Shown piece by piece: positions 36,749-48,965 of a DNA stretch of 64,000 bases. Under the pieces are notes generated by a model that ran no database searches, was not told where the DNA came from, and saw only the letters and a program-made list of their open reading frames with translations. The translations under genes and the position numbers were made by a program. Source of the DNA: Eledone cirrhosa (taxonomy: Eukaryota); the NCBI GenBank assembly GCA_964016885.1, contig OZ024740.1:48794001-48858000 (forward strand), given 5' to 3'. How positions within the stretch are numbered: position 1 is the first letter of the stretch; each line of letters opens with the position of its first letter.

Positions 36749-37139
36749 TTGCATTAGTCAGTGGGAATAATCCTGTCTTGCACTACCTGATTAACAAGGA
36801 GAGCTTCTATGTAGTCACTCGATATGCTAGAAATAGCAGCAAAATTGCTCTCAAATCTATTTCTATCATATTAAGAAATAAAGAACACATTAGATAACAA
36901 TGTTCTAGTTGCACTGCCTGAAATAAACACAGGATAGTCATGACTAGGATACCTTTTATTATAGTTTGATTTAGTTTTAATTTTTTCACTTAAATTTATT
37001 ACTTTCTGTACTGTTAAGAAAGCTAACCATTTTATGTCAGGGGAGGTAACTTTTCGTTTTAATATCGCGTTGAAATAACATTGCTTTTGTTTATAGCTAA
37101 ATTTTCTGTTATTCTCTCTTTTTTAAATTTTTCTTACAG

Positions 37140-37237
37140 TATTATTAGTATCGTTTCTATGGTCTATGGAATATCTACCGTCAAATGAGGAAGAAAATCT
37201 TTTTGTTGGTATTGGAGCAAATTTTGACCGGTTCTAA
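37140..37237 (+). CDS. C6orf89: C6orf89-family, exon 7 (terminal, TAA)
   Basis: Long pyrimidine tract plus cAG; LLLVSFLWSMEYLPSNEEENLFVGIGANFDRF*. The seven exons sum to 1113 nt (370 aa) with consistent phases. Confidence 0.85.
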
Positions 37238-37781
37238 GGTTCTACTTCAATCGAAAACAATTGGATTTGAATTGGACATTCTACTTCATAACGGATCTTT
37301 TAAATTATTTGAAAACTAAAAAAAATCTAACAAAAAAAAAAAAAACACATACAAATAGACAAGAATTACTTGAAAATGCTTGTCTAAGATTTACTATCGT
37401 CATATGTTGTGAGATGTTGTGTGCCATGTAACAATGTGATCTCTATGTTAAGATACAAAACTTTAGTGATTTTTATTATTTTTTATATTTAAACAAAAAT
37501 GTATTTAAGCATTGTTTCTCTTTAAAGTATCATTCCTCCCAAATTTTAACATTTTTATTCATAAGTTTAATTACATAGGGATTTATTATATGTAAATTTT
37601 TGTATACCAGGTTTATAGTAAGTTTATAAGATCTAAGTTTTTTACTTCTATCTTTCTAAATGTTTCCCAGTTAATATATATATACACCACTAGGTACAAT
37701 TAAGTATTGCATTATCTATTATAAATTTAACTGTATTTATTATTATACCCTAGTTATTATTATTCATAGCCTCAGAGTAGT

Positions 37782-37975
37782 GGGTGATTGGCAGAATTGT
37801 TTGGGAGTTGGATGAAGTGCATTGTGGTATTTGTTCTGGTTCTTTATAGTCTGTGTTCAAATCCCACCGATATCAATTTTCTTTCATCATTCCAAGATCA
37901 ATAAAATAAAGTACTAGTCAAATGTTTATATAATCAACTTACCCATCCACACAAATTCCAGTCTTGTGCTTCTAT
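37782..37975 (+). mobile_element. tRNA-derived SINE (family A), older copy in the putative 3' UTR region
   Basis: GATTGGCAGAA head, GTTCAAAT box B and CTTTCATC...ATAAAATAAAGTAC core. Confidence 0.65.
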
Positions 37976-40225
37976 TTCCTAATAAATACAGATATAATTA
38001 TTTAATAAATAGCTACCATGAGCCATTGAAACATGGCACCACTTGAATATTTCATCTTTATTCAGTGAGCCTCATCTGGGTTTGTTTAGTGAAGCCTGTA
38101 CCTCTCAAATATGCACTGATGGGAATGAGGATATTTATATCTGCATCTCAATTAGAGCAGCAAGCTATAGCATTGTTTGTTGGGTGAGGCCTTTTAATAG
38201 TTATGACCATGGATATAATGGATTACAAGCAACAGGATATAACTGTTGATTCCCTTGCCAGTTGGCCAATATCTTAATGGCTGTTCTTAAATAGATTATA
38301 AACTCCCTTCTTACAAACATCAAAAACTCAATAAAAATAGTAACTACTGTAATTATCCATTATTTTATTTTGTTTTATATTTTTCTTTCATCTGAAAAAT
38401 TAACAGGATTTTTGTAAGGATATATAAAAATGTAAAATGAGAACATTCGGAGGGAAATTGAAAATAGTAATGAACAAATAACTATTCAAGAATTAAACAA
38501 ATTAAAACAGATACCACATTCAGAAGATTTATTCTTTTTCTGTACTGGCAATGGTATAAATTAGATATCAGAAGATATTCAATATGCAGTTACATTTTTT
38601 TATTGGGGTGCGGGTGGGGGGTATTTTGAAATAAGTCAAGCTCTTTCTCATTTGTATAAAATCTTAATTCATAAAAATTCGTTTGTTTTGAAATCATTTA
38701 GATACCCTGATAATGGTTCTCTAATCCAGCTATAGGTAAAGAGTGGGAGAAAGAAGGAAATTCTTGATGAGTGTTGATTTTATGTGTAAAACTTATGATG
38801 TTTATTTTGTTGAATACTCTCTAATCATTCAACAAAACTGAACCATCTATTTGAATTAGTCAAAAAAGGACATATTCACTGTGAACATATTGGTTTCTAA
38901 TATAGGCACAAGGCCAGAAATTTTGGCAGGAGGGGAAAGTCAATTATATTGACCCTGGTATTTGACTGGTTCTTTATTTTGTTGACCTCAACAGGCTTCA
39001 AACTCAGAACATAACTAAATACCAGAAAGACTTGGCTGTGAACTAATATAAAGCATATAAATTCCTCAGTGAATCTGTTTTTTTAACTGAGCTCTCTTTT
39101 ACAAATGTTTTGAAAATAATTCACATCTTACTAGTAATCTTATCTTGTATAAGTCAATCCTTTTTTTTTAAACATTTTTTAATAGCAATGAAAATGGAGA
39201 CTTAATCGTAACGATAGTAAAGATTTTTAGATTTGTCTTAAATTAAATATGTGTAATTGTTTTTAAGAAGGCAATTAAAGATTAGTAAGAATATAACTGA
39301 ATAGATTTTCTTATTGTGTTTTTCTTAATGATATCAAAACCCATAGCCATAATTCATTTTGTCAGAACATTTTTCATTCTCTTTGTATGCTTCTTGTATC
39401 ATATATAAATTCAATATTGTTTTATTTTTATTATCTTACTAAAATGAAATAAACATAATTATTGCATCATTTGATGTGTTTTAGATTTTGTTTATCAGCA
39501 GAAGATAGTAAATCGAAAGAAAATAACTTAAAGTACTATAGTTTTGTCTCACAATCTTTCTTTTTCTTCTCCTCTTCCTCCCCCCTCTTCCTTCTTCTTC
39601 TTGATGAAAAGGCATACAAGCATGTTACACAGGACATGTGAAAGATCCTGCAGGAATATGGGCTCGAAGTCAATGAAGGAACATCTATATGGTTGGTCAA
39701 CCTGCTAGAAATAGCAGTCAAATCACACCCTACCATCTAAAAAAAAACACACACACACACACCTTATATAATGTAGTCTTTGATACACTATGTCTGACAG
39801 AAAACAAATAGGATGGTCATAGCTGGAACACATTTTATCATCAGTATGTCGAATGAAGATTGACATAGAGCTAAAGAACAATAATCACAATAGACAGGCA
39901 ACTGATACAGAAGAAACCTCTCGCAATAGTTTAATGCCCGAATAACTAAAATAAATTATGTCACAATGCAGCAACTAATTAGAGAGAGTAAAAGGAGATA
40001 AAAACATAAATATATATTAGAATAAATTTTATAATAAAAAATTTAGCATTTAAACAAAAGAAATCAATATTTGTATCCATTATGGGCATTTGTGTATGAT
40101 GCTGGATTTGTTATACATTTATATATCTATCCATCCCTTTATATATATATGTGTATATGTTAAATATTTCCGTGGAAAAAGTAAAGGAAAGAAGAGTGCT
40201 CTATGTATAGTACAGAGCTATTTAA

Positions 40226-40434
40226 TTACATAATAAACAACACAATATAATTCCATTACCAAAGGTTTCAGGAAACTAGACTATCTTTGATCCTTACAGA
40301 AATGTCCAGCTCGTTCATCAAATGAAATAGTTAACTATTTTATCTGATGAACGAGCTGAACGTTTCTGTAAAGGATCATCTAGTTTTCCTGAAACCTTTG
40401 GTAATGGAATAATTATTTGTTGTTTATTATGTAA
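40226..40434. ncRNA. Palindrome containing two divergent hammerhead motifs (inverted Penelope pLTR-like)
   Basis: Centre GTT|AAC at 40332/40333. Plus arm: CUGAUGA 40344-40350, GAAAC 40391-40395, ACC-uuu-GGU, GUA 40401-40403. The minus arm has the same layout with UUGAUGA. Confidence 0.7.
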
Positions 40435-40570
40435 ATGTGTATATATATAATGGATGTGATTCAGTGAATTACTGGTGGTGGTACCAAAGTAAGCACTCAA
40501 TGCACAGGCAGAGTGTATTTATTAAGGAAAAGGATGAAGTTTCATTTACATATTACTTTTTTTATTGTGT

Positions 40571-40669
40571 ATCAACTTGTTACATGTGTTTCACAGAGGT
40601 TTGGCTCAAGGTCACCCATAGAAGTTATGGACTTGACTCCATTATCGTTCTGCTCATCAGACTGGTGAT
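40571..40669 (-). ncRNA. Minimal type I hammerhead motif
   Basis: Minus strand: CUGAUGA (40660-40654); stem II GCAGA/UCUGU around a long loop; GAAA; ACACAUGU stem III; GUA; imperfect stem I. Confidence 0.6.
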
Positions 40670-41049
40670 TCAACAAAAAATTCTAGATATATGTTTCAGT
40701 CCGTGTGCATGGGAAGATAGGTCTTCTTTATTACTGTATAATGCCAAAGATCTTGATCTTGTGTCATTGTTTTTGAGAGGTGCAATTGTGCAAGGTCAAC
40801 TTTTATCACCCCATCTCAGGTCCTCCTACTCCATAGCTTCTGTCAACTTTGGTTGCCCTGCACCTTTTTATACAGCTGTCATCCTTCATATGCTTCACAT
40901 GACCATACCAACACAATCTCCTCTCTAGCCCATTGCATCTGATTTCTCCTATGCCCAATTTCTTTCTCATATATATATAAAATAATTAAAGGTTAATTAG
41001 TCTCTAATATTTCAACATCTCAATGACAAGAATCTCTCAGAGAAGTGAT

Positions 41050-41500
41050 ATTTCCCTGGGCATGGGTACACTGAAGCTCCGACATCTGGCAACTGACTTG
41101 GTAAACACCCACAAAATTATTAACCATCTTGCCAACAACAACCCTGAGTACCTTTTTAATTTCCATGTGTCTAACACACGGCATGCCAACAAAGTCAGAA
41201 AACAGCACAGCTCCCATGACTTTCGGAAACATTTTTTCACGCTCAGAGTTGCTGAAGCATGGAACAAACTCCCTGCATCAGTTGTTAGCTGCCAAGACAC
41301 TGCATCCTTTAAAACCTCCATGCTTCCTGAGATTCGTCAACACTACAACCTGATGTCCCCCCCTCCATACACATGCACACATGTATTTCATGACTCATGC
41401 ACTATTCACTTCCCTGACATTTGTACATTATTCTATGTACTATACATGCACCTTTGATGAGCTGTAGTACACCTGAGCACTGTACACAATAATTTCATTA
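41050..41500 (+). mobile_element. CR1 3' end fragment
   Basis: LKLRHL..DL...HKII and FFTLRV..AWNKLP motifs, with a 3' UTR ending AATTTCATTA. Confidence 0.9.
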
Positions 41501-42126
41501 TCTATATATATAAAACTGAGGATGTCTGTGTGTGTGTCTGTGAGTTTGAATCCCTAAAACTCGAGAAGTACCCAACCGATCTTTTTCAAACTTTACATGT
41601 GTATTACTTATGTTTCAGGGAGTGTTATGCACATAAAAAAATTCAACTTTTTGATCCCCTAGATGAAAAACTCCGTTTTTTCAGCTTTTTAGGTTTTTTT
41701 TTAGGCTTATGGCAGACCGATTTCCTTGAAATTGTAACTATGTATTAATCAGTCTCTTCTTCATACCGTGAGCAAAGAAAATTCAACTTTTTTATGGCCT
41801 AGGGCCCGCATTAGGTGAAAAACTTCATTTTTTTAGCTTTTTACGGCTATTTTGAGGCGTTACGTCTAGCCGATTTACCCGAAATTTCAAGGCATATTAT
41901 GCACATAAAAAAATCCATTTTCTTGATCCCCTAGGGCCTGCATTAGGTGAAAACCTGTATTTTTCCTGCTTCATCGAGGAAAATCTCAAAGATTATCCAG
42001 CCATCAGAGTATTCGGTTTATTTTCTTTACATATTGTCCAGGCATGCAGTTTTTCCACGATTAGGTCTGTTGACGGCCCGCGTTCCAAAATACCTTATCC
42101 CGTGCAACGCCGGGTACCACTGCTAG
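41501..42126 (+). mobile_element. Non-autonomous Helitron inserted in the CR1 tail
   Basis: A^TCTATATATATAAAA start; 3' hairpin CCCGTGCAACGCCGGG then CTAG^T; no TSD; the empty site restores (ATT)n. Confidence 0.85.
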
Positions 42127-42219
42127 TTATATAATCAAATTAAATGAGAAAAAAACACTATGTGAATACAAACAAGATAGACCAAAAAATATTCTATCTA
42201 AACTCTCTTATATATAGAT

Positions 42220-42300
42220 CTCCCTACCATGGTTTCATATGGGGAAGAATCCTTATTGAACCACCAATAATTGAAGAATCTGCCATACTCTTCAGGGGAG
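42220..42300 (-). ncRNA. Minimal type I hammerhead ribozyme, best-preserved copy
   Basis: Minus strand: stem I CUCCC/GGGAG; CUGAAGA; stem II GUAUGG/CCAUAU; GAAA; palindromic stem III ACCAUGGU; GUA triplet. Confidence 0.8.
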
Positions 42301-42506
42301 TTTTATTCTTCAAACGCTAAGAAATATTGACCAAGAATTCATACATACTGTTATATATATATACACACACATATGTACATAATATGTATGTTTGAGTGTA
42401 TAAAGGGGAGGAAGAATACTGAATACATGTGGTAGACTTTCTTATTTCTTTGACTGATTATTTGTTTATACAAGAGTATGTATGAACATACAAAGTTATA
42501 TATATA

Positions 42507-43147
42507 CTAGCTGAGGTACTCAGCTTCGCCCAGGAGAACAGTTAAAAGAAGACGGATAAAAGAGAAAACAACTGTAATGGATGTGTTGTCTGGTATGAGG
42601 CGAGACTGTAATGTGTCTGTGTGAGAGAGAAACATAGAAAAAAAAAAGCAATCATAAAACTTCCTTATTAGGCTGGGGGAGTAAATTGCCTATTAAATGG
42701 TAGCATTGGCCTTGGATTTTAAATGTTGTGAAATAACCACAGTCAATATCATCTTTTTCAGCTCCAAAGAACATCATCTAAAACACAGCAATATACCACA
42801 CAACATTGCTTCTGAAGTGTTGCTTCATTAGTACGGTCTGTAAGTAGTATATGGATAAAAGCTGGAGGGTAGATTAATTTCAAATAGTATCAATTTTTCT
42901 TTGTTCTGTAAAATCAAAGACTGTAAAACGAGTTTATAAAAGCTAACACAATATTGTTAAACCTTCAACTGATACTTTTGTGGGATGTCACTCTCTCTCT
43001 CTGAATATCTAACACTTTAATTGTATCTCTCTCTGTATAACAGTCTATCTCTCTCTTTCTGCCTCTCCCTCTCTCTCTTTAGATGTGTATGTGTGTAGTT
43101 TTTGTGTGATTCAACCAATAAACATCTCTCTTTTATATATATATATA
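42507..43147 (-). mobile_element. Probable non-autonomous Helitron (opposite orientation)
   Basis: A^CTAG at 42507 followed by the degenerate hairpin CTCAGCTTCGCCCAGG; putative 5' end at TTTTATATATATATA near 43147. Confidence 0.5.
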
Positions 43148-43814
43148 CATCTAATCGATCAAGTGACAATCTCTCTAGTGCTGGTACCATCAAACACACC
43201 ACACCCAGTCCTCTCTGTAAAGTGGTAGTGCTGGTACCAGTACATCCTGTAAGGTGGTTGGTGTTAGAGGACCATCCAGCTGTAGAAACCGTACCAAATA
43301 TGGAATGTATAGACGAAAGAAGTTTGTTGTGACCTGTCTAGTTTCAAACCATAACAACCCATTCCACCTACATGAAAAGTGGATGTAAAAATAATGATGA
43401 TAACATAAATACATATATGTTGAAATATATTTATTTTTATAAGTGTGCTAATGTTATAAATTTGTTAGTTTTGCTTTGGACCCCTCAGGAGCAGCACGCT
43501 TTCTCTAACCATCACAGACTTGGATTAATCACTCAAACTGTCCCCAGGAATGTCTCAACGCCTTTGGCTGTGTCTTCAAATCACAGCACCAAGTATTGAC
43601 CAAACAAGCTTCACCAGGGTGTTGAACATCCTGATCTTCTTTAGCTGGAGATCTATCCTCTCTCAGGGCCAGAATTTTTTGTGATAACCATTTTGGCATT
43701 TTTGTCATGTTAATTGATTCACAGGGAAAAGTTGCTAGCCCCTCATCAAACCATTCTCCTTCTAATCCAGGTTTGGGACAGGCTATGGCAGAGTTTTATT
43801 TAGTTGTATGTTTA

Positions 43815-44318
43815 TTTAGGGTTTCTCCCTGCGTACGAAAGGCCGGTTGTATGATGCCTGTGTGAGGAGCGCGATCCTGCATGGTTGTGAGACATGGGCA
43901 GCAACTGCAGAGGATATGCGACGGCTGGAGAGAAATGAGGCAAACATGCTCCGTTGGATGTGCAGTGTAAATGTGAGTGAACAACGCAGCATAAATGTGT
44001 TGAGAGAGAAACTGTGTCTGAGAGGGAGAGAATGTAGTGTACGGGAGAGGAGACTAAGGTGGTATGGACATGTGATGCGCATGGAGGATGACCGATGGGT
44101 GAAGAAGTGCCAGGAAATGCCAGTTGAAGGAAGACGTGGTAGAAGTAGACCACGAAAAACATGGGCAGAGGTGGTGAGAACAGACCTCAGATCATTGAAG
44201 CTCACTGTGGAGATGACGAAGGACCGTGACGAGTGGAGAGATGCTGTACTAAATAAGACCCGTCCCACCCTTGCAAGCAGGGAAAAGCGGACGTAAAATG
44301 ATGATGATGATGATGATG
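43815..44318 (+). mobile_element. 5'-truncated RTE LINE (short-3'UTR subfamily)
   Basis: Open C-terminal frame (HGCETW, RLRWYGHV, RPRKTW); the stop codon is almost immediately followed by (GAT)n. Confidence 0.9.
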
Positions 44319-44361
44319 TATATGCCTTACTTGTGTCATTTAACAGAGGCCCATTTCAATA

Positions 44362-44542
44362 ATTGTTTCTACTTTTGGCACAAGGCCAGCAATTACCCAG
44401 TACATTACTGGTACTTTATTTTATCGATCCCGTAAGGATGAAAGGCAAAGTTAACCTCGGCGGGATTTGAACTCAGACCGTAAAGGGACGTAACTATGCT
44501 GGAGAGCATGGCGTCCGATTCTCTACTGATACTGCCAATCCA
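44362..44542 (-). mobile_element. tRNA-derived SINE (family A)
   Basis: Full head-core-tail match to 5139-5326. Confidence 0.8.
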
Positions 44543-47128
44543 TAATAACAACTTGTTAGGTGTCCTGGTCACCTTGAACAGCAAACAACCAATACAGTGT
44601 AGAAGGATCTGAGTGGAGTAAGCCACATTCTCTAGTCCTGGTAATATGATAAAACACTAAGGCCATTGAAAACGTTTTTCTTATTGTAGACCTAACACAC
44701 TTCCCTCTTTAACACTACTACTTGATTCTTGTGTGTCTTTAGAGGACTTCATTGTTGCAAGCATTTAAACCAAATACCAATATATCCATTGCCCATGTTT
44801 TGCTAGATGTGCAGGCTGAGCATTAACTATATCATAATGAAAAGAATAAAAATTAGGATATTGTGCAGAATTTGTTAAGTTTAGATGACTGACATTTGTT
44901 ACTTCGATTGATAAGATGGGTGACATCTGTCACTGGAACAAACAACGTAGTTGATGTTATGATGTAGACAAAGAGAAAGTTTCATAGAGTAGCTGTTCTG
45001 GGAAGGGATGATTCAGTAAAGTGTTTTACTATTGGATGAAGTTAAATTTGTATATATGTAGAATAGAGGTAACCAAGATCATTGTGGTTGCTTAGATGAA
45101 GGACCAAAATAGGTCTGAAAATAGATTAAAGGTGTTTATCATTTTTTTCAATTTACAGGAAAATAGGTATATTTGGAATGTTTACAAAAGCTGTGTAAAT
45201 CTCTATACACATTTACTGTCTTGGTTTCATCTATTCTCTATGTATTCAAAATGGCATAATAGCCATCCTGTGAAGGCATATGGCTTAGGGTTTAAGCTTT
45301 TAAGCTCACACTTGTAGGGTTGTGAATTTGATTCTTGGGCTGAGTGGTGTATTCTTGAGGAAGCCACTTTCTTTTGAGGCAAGTCAACACACATGCAGCA
45401 GGTGATAATGAGGTTAAGAAGCTGGAATAACCAAGCCCCCCTTATGAGTATCACCTGATATGACAAGAACTTTATTGTTAGTGGCTCAGGCTGAAAAAAA
45501 AGTTTGCTGATAATTCCTGTTATTTTAGTATTTTGTTCCTTTCTGATGGACATTTTTACCACAGAATCAAGGGGCATGTCACATCAACATTTTAATTCCC
45601 CATAGATATCGGCTCTGATATGGAAATGCAGAGCTCACCCAGACTAAGTAGGCCACCACTGTTGACCATGGTCAAAGCATCGATTCAGTCTCACAGGAAT
45701 TTGGCACTGGCAGAAAGTAGCAGCACCTTGAGAATTGATCAGATTGATCAAAAAGAGTGTTGAAAGTGTCTCTCAAATGTAAGTTTCTCGAAATTATCTA
45801 CTTCAGTCTATTTTGCTCTGCACCAAGTTCTGACAAATCCAGCTCCCTCAACTGTAGTAGGGCTTCATGTCTCCCTGTTGGGGCTTGTCCATGCTGGAAA
45901 GGAAAGGATGTTACTCACCAGAGCAAGCATCGATGGAAGAAAGAAAGCAGAATAGAGACAGAGACAAACATTTACATAGATTTAGACTCCCCGAATCATT
46001 TGGGCAATGCAACCTACTCATGGGACCTGAGTAAGTTTGCCGTTAACCAAACTTTTGAGTTTCCCAAAGATTAGGTATCAAAAATGTTGCAGCGATAAGA
46101 ATAACAATGGAAAAAAAATTATACTCTGCATCTAAGATATTGAATAATAATTAATGAATTTTTTTAAAATTGTAATTTCGTTTAGGAAGCCCTTTGTGCA
46201 CTCCCTAATTTTTGTCATGGTTGGTGGCTCGCCTTACTGAAGCAACAAGTAATGCTCGTTAGGGTGCTTGTCTATTCTAGTATCTTATCCTTGCTATTAA
46301 AAGTGATAATGCTAAGTCTCGGCTTGACTCAAATAGTTTTAGAAGACGACACCAGTATAAATGTAAGAAGTAATTGAATGTGCACGTCTCCTGTTTTTTT
46401 CTGACTTTTTTTTTTCGATTTATTTCTTTTGTAAATCATAAACAATATATAAGAAAAAACAAACATCATTTTTTAAAAAGTACATTGACAAATTTTAAGC
46501 TAACTTTAGTCTAACTCGTATGATGAAATTAGTATACTGCAAGTATATATTTATCACCCCCTCCCACAAAGACCTATTAATCAAGTCTTTGTGAGAGGAA
46601 GTTGTACTTAATTATAAGCCAAGACTTCTCGGGCGATTTAGTTATGCAATATTTTTTGTTAATGTTTCTTCGCACGGTTGCTTATGCTGAATCTCCAATA
46701 GATAATAAACATTCAGAAACAGTAACTAGATCGAACTGCTTCGTTGGGGCTTTTATGAAAAGTGATTAAAATTGTCTAAAATTAGTTTATCTATTGTTGA
46801 TGTCAGTCACTGGTTAATGACTAGGAAAAAACAACAACAAAAACTAACAAAATAAAAACATAACAACAGCAAATGAAATGACAATTGAATTCCTGCATTC
46901 GATTGTATCAGGTCTTTCAGCCATTCATCTGACTAATCATGAATAAACCACTTGGGTTTCATGCCAAAAATGTATCATATGGAAAGAAAAGCATTCTGTG
47001 AAAACTGCTATCATCATCGTCGTACTACTTGAACAAACTAGCGATAAACTAAGATATTTATTTCCTTTAACTTCGCCTAAACCGTCCGTAGAGAAACCGC
47101 ATCTTCGCCAAAACGATCATCAGAAAGC

Positions 47129-47202
47129 ATGGAGAAAGCAAAGCAACATTACAACCCTAATCCTATGATGAAAGCGAATTTTATTTCTAAGTTGTTCTAC
47201 TG
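47129..47202 (+). CDS. ABCC4: ABCC4/MRP4-like ABC transporter, first coding exon
   Basis: MEKAKQHYNPNPMMKANFISKLFY(W); 74 bp; GTAAGT donor (phase 2). Matches the PNP..AN..S.LFFW lasso start of short ABCC proteins. Confidence 0.85.
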
Positions 47203-48466
47203 GTAAGTAGTAAATACTTCATTCCTTAGATCGCTTCATACACGCTCGCGCTTATATAATATAGTTGCATTCGTTATCCATTTTAGCCTTACCACCGCTA
47301 AACTTATAAATATAATCACAAAAAAGGTTATATGTATTTTTGTAGTTACATGGTGCTTGTGTATGGGAACACGTTCTAGTCTTCGATAAGATATAAACAA
47401 ACAGCGGAAGATGTATCTGCTTAGTGTAAAGCGAGGGAGAGAAAACGAGATTGCGCTAACGTGGAATCGACCCGGCGTGGTCTCTCGACCTGCTGAAAAT
47501 AGCAGCCAAATCTCCCCCAAATCATTATCTTAAACAAAAGAATATATTAGATAATGTAGTCCGAGATATATTACGAAAGACGGGATGTAACGTCTTTGAT
47601 CACAGGTTTGTAGAATTGGGACATGGTGCTAAACAAGTAAGATACATTATATTCTAGGTATACTAAGAAATTATATGCTCACTATACAAGTAATCGAAGT
47701 AACCACTCGACCTGCTTATTACATATTACAAAAGGACACATTGGATAATATAGTTCGAGATACGCATTTCCTGAAAGAAAGGCGGATTGGCCACCGTTGG
47801 AACATCTTTGATTAGACATAACTTTCGTTTAGTGCACCGTATCTCGAAAGTGAAAAATTATTTCAATTCCTTTGAAATGAACAATATTTTTATTATTATA
47901 TAATTCCGTTCGTTTATGCTTTTATCTTTTCATCGTGCTTTCCAATTTCACTATGGCTTTTGGTGACTTAGGTGATACACATGTTTTGGGGGTATATTGA
48001 GTTTTCTGATTCTAAAAATAACACTATTTTTGTTATTATATAATTCCGTTCGTTAATGCTTTTATATTAATATTTTTTCTCCATCAGTTATTACGATATG
48101 ATATATATCTATATATAATTCCTAACTGGTAATCGTTGCTGTCAATTGAATAGAAAAGTATGATAAATGTCAGTAAAAATAGTGTATTAACAACAAACAT
48201 AAGAGGATAGCCACGTGGGTACTTGGTTCTCCCTATCATCTGCGGCAACGGCGCAAATATGTTGGATTGCCCCAAAAATTATTAGAGGGAAACTCTAGCG
48301 ACCCTTATGGTGTCTGATTGAATGTGTGGGTTTTCCTTCCAATTGTCCTCTATGTCATCTATCAAATTCCTCTCCCCTCACCATATGCATTGCATAAAGC
48401 TTTTCTGAACCCACATTTAAGAGAGAGGTCCTTTAGTTTCCATACTCTCTTTCTCCATATTTTCCT

Positions 48467-48965
48467 GATAATAATAATAATAATAATAATGAAATTATTG
48501 TGTACAGTGCTCAGGTGCACTACAACTCATCAAAGGTGTATGTATAGTACATAGAATAATGTACAAATGTCAGGGAATGAATAGTGTATGAGTCATGAAA
48601 TACATGTGTGCGTATGTATGGAGGGGGAATATCAGGTGTAGTGTTGGCGAATCTCAGGAAGCATGGAGGTTTTAAATGATGCAGTGTCTCGACAGCTAAC
48701 AACTGATGCAGGGAGTTTGTTCCATGCTTCAGCAACTCTGAGTGCAAAAAAAATGCTTCTGAAAATCAAGGGAGCTGTGCTGTTTTCTGATTTTGTAGGC
48801 ATGCCCACGTGTGTTAGACATATGGAATTCAAAAAGGTACTCAGGGTTGTTGTTGGCAAGATGGTTAATAATTTTGTGGGTGTTTACCAAGTCAGTTGCC
48901 AGACGTTGGAGTTTCAATGTATCTGTAGGTCACATTGTAGTGACTTACATATCCATGCCCAGGGA
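48467..48965 (-). mobile_element. CR1 3' end fragment in ABCC4 intron 1
   Basis: (TAA)n tail and CR1 C-terminal motifs. Confidence 0.9.

Noticed and set aside
46300-46920. Non-coding 5' exon and intron for ABCC4 (GTAAGA near 46362, TCAG near 46911)
   Set aside because: Splice-like words alone are too common in AT-rich DNA; there is no other support.
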